From: Octopus bimaculoides
Lineage: Eukaryota
DNA length: 64,000 bases
Direction of reading: 5' to 3'
Assembly: GCF_001194135.2 (NCBI RefSeq)
Contig: NC_068983.1
Span: 159,532,509 to 159,596,508, forward strand
Shown here: positions 53,476 through 64,000 of the stretch, piece after piece
Position numbering within the stretch: the stretch's first letter is position 1
How the letters are laid out: each line of letters opens with the position of its first letter
Program-made: the position numbers and the translations under genes
Notes under the pieces: model-generated
Databases searched by the model: none
What the model was told of the DNA's origin: nothing
The model's input: the letters and a program-made list of their open reading frames with translations, nothing else

Positions 53476-53980
53476 GTATATACATGTATCTGTCTAAATA
53501 TGTATATGCATACATTTAGTATATGTAAGGTTATATATATATATTAGTTCTCTATATCGGACAATATAAAAGAGTTACTACTTTTATTGCTACGTTGTTT
53601 TAAACAACACGTTGACCTTCACAGTAAACTCCCAAGGTTCAGACTCATACCTTCTCTAATTCTGGCAACCTATCTAAAGTGTTCCTGTGACTTGTGCCAA
53701 TACCTGATTTATAGGAGCTAATGAGCCTGATGCTCCTTAAGAGAAAAACGACACGTAGCCAAAGGTTTAGAACAATAAAAGGTTCAACACTCGATCATAT
53801 TCCCAGCATAGTAAGGTGAAGACCATAAAAAATCCTGATAGCCTAACGTGCAGAATTCAAGTCATGTTTTAGTTATAACAAACACAGAAAATGTAATTGA
53901 GGTTTAAAGCTTTATATAACATATGCCTATTTTGCAGCAAAAAATGCCAAACGAGATTGAATGCCTACCCTTAAACATAT

Positions 53981-54735
53981 ATTCATCGGAGGCTTTTAGC
54001 ACAATACGGGGACAGTGCACTATCACGTAGAAGTGTGGTGTGTATGAGTGGATCGAGAAGTTTCAAAGTGGGCCAGTGTGACGCACGAAGAGGGAGAAGG
54101 GCGCCCGTCATCCTCCACCACTGACGAGAAGATTCAGAAAGTTCGAGATACGGTAATGGTGAACTGTTGAGTTATCATCGATGAGGTAGCTCGTTCTCTG
54201 CAGGTTAGTCATGGCTCTGCCTATACAATCATCCATGATGAGCTCGGCCTCCAGAAAGACTGTGCAAGATGGGTGCGAAGAGAGCTTACTGCAGAGTAGA
54301 AGCGAAAAGGTCTTGAGCTGTGCCAAAGTTTACTGATCGCGCTGCAACAATGAGGGTGAGGAATGTTTTAGCAGAATAGTCACAGATGAAACATGGGTCC
54401 ATTATTATGAGGCAGAATCCAAAAGACAGAGTATAGAGTAGAAACATCCTGCCTCGCCAGCGACGAAGTAATTCAAGGCTCAGTCTTCCGCGGGAAGGTG
54501 ATGCTAACCCATTTTGAAGACTCAAAAATGCCTATACTGGAATACTACCTAGAAAATGGGGTACGATCAACACTGCAAGATACAGTGCTTTGCAGTCCAA
54601 CAAACTGATGCCAGCACTTCGCACCAAACACCGGAGCCTATTGTGGAAGAAAGTTTTGTTGTTGCATGACAACACACAACCACACACCGCCACACAGACC
54701 GTTGAAACCATTAGCCAATTGTGCTTAAAGCCTCC
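53981..54735 (+). pseudogene. Mariner transposase pseudogene (termini lost)
   Basis: IHRRLLAQYGDSALSRR...YEW...GRPSSST...SHGSAYTIIHDELGL..CARWV.REL...DETWVHYYE.ESKRQS...GKVML...LLLHDN, with stops and frameshifts. Confidence 0.9.
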
Positions 54736-55483
54736 AATGAATTTCAGGACCTGATAAACATTCCGACCATAGAAATCGGATCACTGCTCTTTGTTCTTCT
54801 TTGGTGCACATTGCAATCAGGCTCAAACTTCCATCATGTGAGCATAATAGTACCAACTATAAGCACACAAAAGGCAGTGTAACAATAATAAAGATATGTC
54901 ATGGCGAAATATCCTAGATTACACTGGTTGAATATCTAACATTATAGGTACATACATATATATTATTAATATTATTAAAAACCATGAGAGAAGATGGAGA
55001 TAAGATTAATAAAAGTTTATTAATACATTGAAAAGACCAGACCTACAATTGTTCCAATTCTTCACATGTAACATAAACCAAATTTAATTTAATTTAGCCT
55101 ATTCAATTTAGTTAATTATTACAAGTGAAAATATATTCAGGGAAGGAGTACAAATTTAACATATTTAAAACCTAGTGAAAACGTTAAAAAGGAAGAATAC
55201 AATGTACCATTAAAAATTAAATATATATATATATATATTAATAAAAATAGATAAAGTTATGACAAAATAGATATAGTCATGAATTAATATAAATGATAAT
55301 AATGATGCAGACATACCCATACAAAAATATGAATAATGGTGATATGTAAAAAAAAAAAACAAAAAAAAAAAGACCGATTATTAAATTATAGGAGTAGAGA
55401 AGTGAAATAATAAGGCATTCCATATAAACAATTATACACATATGCACATATACATGTACACATACTCACACNNNNNNNNNNGC

Positions 55484-55547
<64 letters not shown>

Positions 55548-56639
55548 ACACACACATACACAGATACAATACTAAGCATGATTAATTTACTAAAATGATT
55601 AAAGTAATTAAAATTATCAATCAATAGGAAGTTAAAGGGAGAACATATTAAGATTTAAGTGATGCTATGATATTAAGAGAAAATAGAAAATAGAAGAAAT
55701 TGTGCTTAAATGTGCTTAAATAGATGGGTTCAGATAGAAGGAATGTAGGTAAACACAACAAAAATATATGGTAAATTATTAAGCGATGTTTAGAATAAAT
55801 AAAGATGAACTAGAAGATAATGAATGAAACTATTATTATATATACCATTTAAATGTTAATTATAGGAATCTATATATTCATATAATCTAATTATCTTGCA
55901 AATACATGCACACACACTTATATTCGTATATATATAAAATATATATGTACACACGCACAGATAGACACACACGCACACACACACATATATACATACCTAG
56001 TCATGCACATAAATACACATATGCACAGACACATACCTACACATATACTACGGTATATGTGTAGGTATGTGTCTGTGCATAAGTGCATATGTCTGTGCAT
56101 ATGTGCATATGTCTGTGCATAGATGAAGAAAAAAAGAAAGTGAAGAAATTATAACGATCATAAATTAAGTTATTTAATCTATTTAAGATTGGGTGAAAAA
56201 ATAGTTATGAATATACCCACCAAAACATATATATATATATATATATANNNNNNNNNNNNNNNNNNNNNNNNNNNNNNNNNNNNNNNNNNNNNNNNNNNNN
56301 NNNNNNNNNNNNNNNNNNNNNNNNNNNNNNNNNNNNNNNNNNNNNNNNNNNNNNNNNNNNNNNNNNNNNNNNNNNNNNNNNNNNNNNNNNNNNNNNNNNN
56401 NNNNNNNNNNNNNNNNNNNNNNNNNNNNNNNNNNNNNNNNNNNNNNNNNNNNNNNNNNNNNNNNNNNNNNNNNNNNNNNNNNNNNNNNNNNNNNNNNNNN
56501 NNNNNNNNNNNNNNNNNNNNNNNNNNNNNNNNNNNNNNNNNNNNNNNNNNNNNNNNNNNNNNNNNNNNNNNNNNNNNNNNNNNNNNNNCAATATATGCAC
56601 ATACACACACGTAAACAGCTACTAAATATACAATCGTAT

Positions 56640-56705
56640 TTTCATTTTCATTTCATTTTATCTAGTTTCAGCTCTTGAGCTGTAGCCATGCTGGGGCACC
56701 GCCAT
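56640..56705 (-). mobile_element. SINE family C tail
   Basis: ttttatctagtttcagc...gccatgctggggcaccgcc. Confidence 0.55.
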
Positions 56706-56745
56706 TTTGTATATATACCCAAAATATGCATATACACTCACAAAA

Positions 56746-58130
56746 ACACTAATAGGTAAATAGCTATCCACAAGTATAAAAATATAAAGATATGGATAGA
56801 GAAAAATTAAAGTAAAAGCATATAAACATATAGATAAAAGAAATAAACATTTAGATATGAATAACTGAATATAAGGATAAAAAGAATTATATATATATTT
56901 CTACACACACATACATATACATATATATACATATAATACACATACACATACATACATACACACACACACATAAACACACACATATAAATATATGTATATA
57001 CACACAAATATATATATTTGTTTCTCACTCACACCATATATTACCATATATTGGGAAAAAATTAAAAAGAAGAGGAAATAAAATGTAATTAAAATAGTTA
57101 AAATAAGGTATCATATCCCACTATATAATTTATATAATTTACAAATATATATGAACATAACAAGTTAGCAAGTTATATTACATATTTATTGCAAAAATGT
57201 CCATTGATAGATAATTAAAAATGATATAGAAAACAAAAAATAATTTATTCCATATAATAACTATCCCTTCCCAGAGTTATATCCTCTATATAAGAATTTG
57301 TACTATAGATATATTAATAACACTATATTGATATCAACTATATAAATAACTTGCAAAAACAGATTTATTATTTATTAATACTAATGAAATATTAAAATTC
57401 TACTTATATTTAGCAAAAAGAAGTTTACTCGCATGGTTAGAGGCTAAAATTGTATCAGAATGTGTGTTCAAAAGAACTCACATCTTTTATTTGCGATATT
57501 ATAAGATTTCGCATGGCTAATGATATTCCAGTCCAATTTAAAATCTATTTTCTTATCTTTACGCTCCCATATGATTTTACTCAGATAGGTTGTGTTAATC
57601 TATTTCGTATCGTTAAAGCTGTTTAAGCGGTTAAAGAGCGAGTTTTAAATTTATTAGATGTCGATCCAATGTACGTATACTTATTGTTAAGTACATCAAT
57701 CTCACATTTATTTACAGTAATATCTTAGTTCATTTTTACTTACAATCCTAGTTTTTGAAGATCTTATTCTTTAAAAGTTCATGGTATTTCGTGACCCATC
57801 CATCTGGTATAAATATGGTACAAAGATTTTTAAGTTGGCATCCACCTATATCATTTCAGAATTTATTATTATAATTATAATTATCATCATTATTATTATT
57901 ATTATTATTATTGCCAATTCTATTACCATAGAAGTTGTCGAGTTTTCTGTTATTTAAAGATGAAATTATTCGAAATAAATTTTTGGTTAAGCAATGACCA
58001 ATCATGATATTATTAGTATTAATTATTTGCTATATTTATTATTCATGTTGAAATACTTATCAATTAATTTATATATTTGTCTAATTATCTTCTGTTCATA
58101 TTCATAGCATAAGGGATTATGTACCAATTA

Positions 58131-58203
<73 letters not shown>

Positions 58204-59567
58204 ATCTAAATTTATCATTAGTATATTTAATTTTACCCTTATATCCGGCCTTTTCTAATACGGCATTATAAAAATCAGCATGTCAACTAAAAATCTCCTT
58301 ATTAGATGATAAACATGATATTCGTTTTCAATATTTTAAATTAAGGTATTTCTAATTGCAGCAGGATGATTGCTAAAATCATTGATCTATCTTAACATTG
58401 TATTTGGTTTATGAAATGGTTCATGCTTATCAGTTACAAGATGAAGGTTAGCATCCAAAAAATTAGCAGATCAGTTATCTTTTACAATAGAAATAGCAAA
58501 GTCATTCCTCTTAAAATATTTATAGAGATGTGTCTTATAGAAGTCCAGTTTTCTAGGAGTAGTATTTTTAATAGCAAAAAGACATCGTCCTCGATAAAGA
58601 CCAACAATAAATTCAGAGAATTCACTTTTAATTTGGGATAGCAGGTGAATTCTGACTATTTCAGTAAACTGGGCAGAGTCGGCAGGTACCATGGTAATAT
58701 CAAAATTTTTATAAGTGTCCCTACGAGCCCAGTATTTATTGTCAAGTCTAATCAGAGATTACCTTGCGTTTAATATAATATTGATTTCCTCTTTGCTAAT
58801 GTTAGTAAAATTTCTTAAAACAATGAGTGCTTTATTAAGGACTATAGGGTTAGTAGACGAGTAATAACTACTAATATCAACTTTTCAAAATTTATATTTA
58901 TTCTTACTAGTAATATTATTAAACCAGTTTAAAGCTTGGTAGGTGTTAACCCATAATTCAAGATTAATTTTTTCCTAGCTATAGGTATATTTATCTAAAA
59001 TGAGTTTACTAAGTTTATCTAATTCAGATCGGCCAACACAAATCAATCTAACTTTAGGGTCAATATAGAAGTTTTCCTTATGGTCCACCAGTGTAATCCG
59101 TGGTCGCATAGGTGCGAAAGGTTCAGTTCTATCCTGGATATGAAACTGGTGCATAATTTTCTTGGTTTCAAGGTTAGTAGTTCTTACTTCATTTTTACTC
59201 ACAATCCTATAGTTTTTGACAATTTCATTCTTCAAAAGTTCATGGTATTTAGAGACATCCATATGGTATAAACTATTAGTTTTATCCGATTGGACAAAAA
59301 TTCCATCCTTACTTCTAAAGATTTTAACAATATTAATAAGTTTTCTCTGGTGAGCATTTCTCCGCAGCGGATCTTTTTGAAGCTTAATATTTTTAATTCT
59401 ATTACATAATTCACTTTCGAAATGTCCCAGCTGTTTATTTCAAGGCGAGATTTGCTAGGTCTGAAATTTCTTTTAATATTATCAACCTCAATATCAAGTT
59501 CACTCATAGAATAGTTGTGTAGAATCCTTTGTATCATAATGCTACACACTTTATCTGAGCATTAATG

Positions 59568-59600
<33 letters not shown>

Positions 59601-59769
59601 ATGTATAAACACACACATACACACAATATATATAATTATTTTTATCCTTTATTTATTTATATATAAACGTTTATTTTTTATCTATATGTTTGTATACTTT
59701 TACTTTAATTTTACCCTATCCCTAACTTTATATTTTTATATTTGCGGATATTTATCTCCCTATTAGTGT
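56746..59769 (-). mobile_element. Rearranged Penelope-like element bounded by ~145-bp inverted repeats
   Basis: Minus strand gives DHKENFYIDPKVRLICVGRSELDKLSKLILDK (58975-59262), thumb SNHPAAI...RISCLSSNKEIF...YNAVLEKAGY (58220-58380) and GIY-YIG TYIGSTSNKFKTR...LSKIIW...DWNII (57430-57700). 56746-56893 is an inverted homolog of 59627-59769. Confidence 0.8.
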
Positions 59770-60593
59770 ATATGTGTGTGTATATCCATATGTTGCGTAT
59801 GTATACATATCATTATGTATATGTACATATGATTGCATATGTATTAGTTGCTTATGGGCGTGTATGTGCATATGTTGTGTGTATATATGCATATACATTT
59901 ATATGAAGGTGTATCTATTTATATGTATAAATATGTGCGTTTATATGTGTATGTATATATATGTTTGTACATTTATATTTGTATAGATCTATGTATGTAT
60001 ATATGTGTGTATATAGATATGTGTGTATATATGTATATATGCATATATATATATATAAATAATATATATGTATACGTGTGTGTATTTATGTATGTATTCA
60101 AGTATATCTATCTATCTATCGATCTGAAGGATCGAGGCAAACCTACCACTTACCTATATATATATATATATATATNNNNNNNNNNNNNNNNNNNNNNNNN
60201 NNNNNNNNNNNNNNNNNNNNNNNNNNNNNNNNNNNNNNNNNNNNNNNNNNNNNNNNNNNNNNNNNNNNNNNNNNNNNNNNNNNNNNNNNNNNNNNNNNNN
60301 NNNNNNNNNNNNNNNNNNNNNNNNNNNNNNNNNNNNNNNNNNNNNNNNNNNNNNNNNNNNNNNNNNNNNNNNNNNNNNNNNNNNNNNNNNNNNNNNNNNN
60401 NNNNNNNNNNNNNNNNNNNNNNNNNNNNNNNNNNNNNNNNNNNNNNNNNNNNNNNNNNNNNNNNNNNNNNNNNNNNNNNNNNNNNNNNNNNNNNNNNNNN
60501 NNNNNNNNNNNNNNNNNNNNNNNNNNNNNNNNNNNNNNNNNNNNNNNNNNNNNNNNNNNNNNNNNNNNNNNNNNNNNNNNNGTATGTATGTTA

Positions 60594-61661
60594 TGTCGTG
60601 AAGTAGGAAATTTGTAGAAAATTAAAAAATGTTTGCTAATATTTTATAAATACAAGAAAAAGTTTTATTCATCAAAGTATGCACCCATATTGTCAATACA
60701 CTTTTGCCATTTCAGGGTTAGCTTGTCTAGCACGGAACTGTAAAAGCCTGGTAATCTAGAGTCAATAAAATCTTGGAAGACCTGTTTTACAGCATCGTCG
60801 GAAAAAATTTGTTTTCCTATCAAAACGTTATCCAAATTCTGGAAGTGGTAGTCAATGGGGGTAAGATGAGGTGAGTATGGTGGATGATGGAGAACTTCCA
60901 ATTCCAACTCCTGTAGTTTCACCAACGTCATTTTTGCGATGTATGGTCTGGCGTTGTCTTGCAATAAAATAGGAATGGATCTGTTGACTAATCTAAGCTG
61001 TTTTTTGTAAGTTTCCGCATCATTTGGTCCAGTTAGCTGCAGTATACTTCGGCCGTGATTGATGAGCCAAGTTTAATGAAATTATAATGGATCACACCTG
61101 CGCCAGACCACCAAACACACACCATCAGCTTCTTTTGATTTGATGAATTTTGCTTTTTGGATTGTGTTTTGGTGACTCATCTTTGCCCAACTATTGTGCT
61201 GAGTGTTTACGATTGTTGTTTTGGATTTATTTCTCATCACCTGTTACAATTCGATTAAAAAATGACGAGAAAGTAGCATAATGCAGGCTTCCAAACGTTG
61301 CTGTTTCTTATTTTCGTTGAGTTCATGTCGAACCCACTTATCCATCTTTTTTCACTTTACCGATTTGAACTAGGTGAGTCAATATCGTTCGCTCGCTAAC
61401 ACCAAACAACAACGATAATTCACGGGCACTTGAGATGGATCTGACTCGACGGTGACTTTCAGTTCGTCATTATCCACCGCGTTGCTCATTTGTGAGGTCA
61501 ACGTTTCCAGAACGAAATTTTGCAAATCAATTTGATACTGTCTGCTGTGTAATAACATTAGAATGAAATACTCCATTAATATTCCGAGCTGTTTGTGATG
61601 CTGTATTTCCAAGAAAGAACTCATATTTCAAAAGTGTACGAATTTCCGACTTATCCAACCC
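60594..61661 (-). mobile_element. Internally deleted mariner (Hsmar1/cecropia-like motifs) with both TIRs degenerate
   Basis: QDNARP...HPPYSPHLTPIDYHF...WQKCIDNMGAYFDE* (60665-60964), GDEKW upstream and VDNDELKVTVESDP N-terminal piece. TIR cores aagtaggaaatttgta / tacgaatttccgactt; TA at 61662-61663. Confidence 0.85.
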
Positions 61662-62099
61662 TAAACAAAAATACTAAAAAACGATTTATAAATACGTTAT
61701 AAAGCGCAAAAGAGTTAGAATAAAGAAATAGATGTGTCAGCTTTCTAGCAAAAAATAAAGATTGTCAAAATATAATAATTGTGCAAAACGAGCAGCTCTG
61801 AAGGTTTACCATATACCTAACTACAAATTTCATACCTGACGATTTAATATGTATACATTTCGGCACGTGTGTATACTTCTTGAAGTAGTTTGACTTTACA
61901 GTCCCATTAAAACGTGTGGCTTTTACGGAAAGAACAGCCTTTGTTATTATAACGTATTTTATATATAAAGGAACAAACTATATACCTTGTATTAATTTAT
62001 TTCTGCAATTGGTTTTGCCCGCTGGCTACTCGATAAAATCTTTTATAGATTTTATCCTTAGTTGAACCCATGTGGCGCTCCTTTGTGTCACATGGGCTC

Positions 62100-62640
62100 A
62101 ATGCTCCTCCCCGCTTCATATAACCCTCCTTCTCTCTCCACTCACACCTACTTGCTCCCACTCACACCTACTTGCTCCCACTCACCTCTGACACCTACTT
62201 CCTCTCATCACTCCTACTCACCTTCTCTCTTCCACCCTCTCCCTTCATCGTCACCCCTCCCACATTAGTCCTCCCGTACACATTCCAACCCACCATCCCT
62301 ATACGTCCCTATACCCCATTCTTGGTAAATTCCTATACCATCCCTATACCTCATTCTTGCTTTCTCCACTCTCGCCTCCGCCACATCCCAACACCAACAC
62401 ACCACACACCACCACACAACACACCACCATACCGCACCACATCACCCCCCACACACACACACTCTAGCACTGACCACTTCCCAGCACCTACACCATCATC
62501 CATACTCTTACACATGCACATACACACGTCAATGTCACCATCCCCCTTCCACACGCACATACAAACGCACGCGCATCTTCATTTTGGGATCACGACTACT
62601 TTATTATCTCCCCTTCTTCCTAGCTTTCCTGTGTGACTCC
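62100..62640. repeat. C/A-rich low-complexity tract including a 20-bp tandem unit (ccactcacacctacttgctc)
   Basis: Direct reading. Confidence 0.8.
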
Positions 62641-63723
62641 TCTGTCAGGCATTCGCCGTGATTGATCGCTAGCCACTAAACGTTTTCTATTTTCTCTCAC
62701 TGTTTATTTCTGTGTTCCTTTCTGTCGAAGAGCGTAGGATCGAAACATAAAAGACTTTCTCACAGCCCGAGCATTAAACTAATACATCTGTTTGTCGTTT
62801 ACACACCCGTCTTCGTCTTTTGTTTTTTTGTAAATTCTCACTATATATATATACAGATACACACACACACGCACACACATACGTATCTATATACATATAT
62901 ATACACACACACAAACACATACATACATATATATGTACACATAAATAGAGGCACCACACAAGCGCACGCGCACACGCACATACAAACACACGCACATATA
63001 GTTTCAATTATTCTCCACTATCTGAAAAGATTGCCAAAGTGTATCTATGTTTTAGCGCGCTTACCAAGCCGTGACAACTAAGCCGCATGCTGACTGGTTT
63101 ACATAGATTTTGTAAGATACACCCGGCTGAATCCTGCTGGAAAGTATTTAAAGGAGAAACCGAAGCATCCTATTACTGTTATCGATTGTGAAACACAATT
63201 GTAAGCTACCACTGCTATGATATAATTCTGAAAATTAGGGAATGTATGAAAGTACTTGTTTTCTGGCTGGTGGAGCCTACCGGTGAATATTTAAGGGGAG
63301 ATTTGGCAGGATGGTCATCCGCCCGCTGACATTCGTTGACGCTGCATCAAACAAACCAAAGCACAAATAAAAAAAAGGAAAACGAAAAAGCGCGCTCAAC
63401 ACCAGTGCTGAAGACTCCTCCGAAAGAGGCGTCGGGCTCGCTATGTCGAAAACGGTTGAGGAGTAGGGGTCGAAACCGGTCGTGGTTCATCCTGATAATG
63501 TCTTTAGCCAATAGATCCTATAAAGGAGTTGTTGAGGTAGCGATTCAAGAAACGTGGTAGGAATTCCTCCTCGTAAATATGAAAATTTTTTTAAAACAAA
63601 AAATTATTGCAAAAACCAGACTATGTTGGAATTTCATTGGCTCATACATTTACCAGTACACAATCATACGAATTCTAATATATGTATATGTATACATGTA
63701 CATATACATGCATACATACATGC

Positions 63724-63757
<34 letters not shown>

Positions 63758-63759
<2 letters not shown>

Positions 63760-64000
63760 CATCATCATCATCATCATCATCGTTTAACGTCCGCTTTCCA
63801 TGCTAGCATGGGTTGGACGATTTGACTGAGGACTGGTGAAACCGGATGGCAACACCAGGCTCCAGTCTGATTTGGCAGAGTTTCTACAGCTGGATGCCCT
63901 TCCTAACGCCAACCACTCAGAGAGTGTAGTGGGTGCTTTTACGTGTCACCCGCACGAAAACGGCCACGCTCGAAATGGTGTCTTTTATGTGCCACCCGCA
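63758..64000 (-). mobile_element. 3' end of a SINE/LINE with RTE-like tail and (GAT)n end, runs off the window
   Basis: ggatgcccttcctaacgccaacc motif adjacent to (ATC)n. Confidence 0.7.

Noticed and set aside
53320-53530. Degenerate ~55-bp repeat on both sides of a gap
   Set aside because: It cannot be distinguished from a collapsed minisatellite or assembly artefact.

Overview
AT-rich, repeat-saturated animal genomic DNA with 16 N-gaps. The SINE repertoire and microsatellite load look like an octopus draft assembly (inference, not checked by search). No intact protein-coding gene, rRNA, tRNA gene or CRISPR array is supported, and most listed ORFs are microsatellite or N artefacts. The window holds at least five SINE families, three Tx1-clade LINE fragments, two Penelope-like retroelement (PLE) remnants and smaller LINE scraps. 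It also holds five Tc1/mariner relics and two related MITEs with GGATCT termini and 8-bp TSDs (Merlin-like). The best finding is a complete minimal type-I hammerhead ribozyme core (4130-4183, minus) inside a 299-bp-period unit bounded by perfect 22-bp direct repeats, a retrozyme or PLE pLTR candidate. Other highlights are a Merlin-like MITE with a central (TAACCC)7-TA-(GGGTTA)4 palindrome, a mariner whose 3' half is replaced by an inverted copy of its 5' end, and Tx1 ends abutting (ATCT)n arrays. A patchwork templated insertion, a PLE bracketed by inverted repeats and a speculative three-exon coding chain are also reported. All alignments and translations were done by eye, and family names are motif-based.
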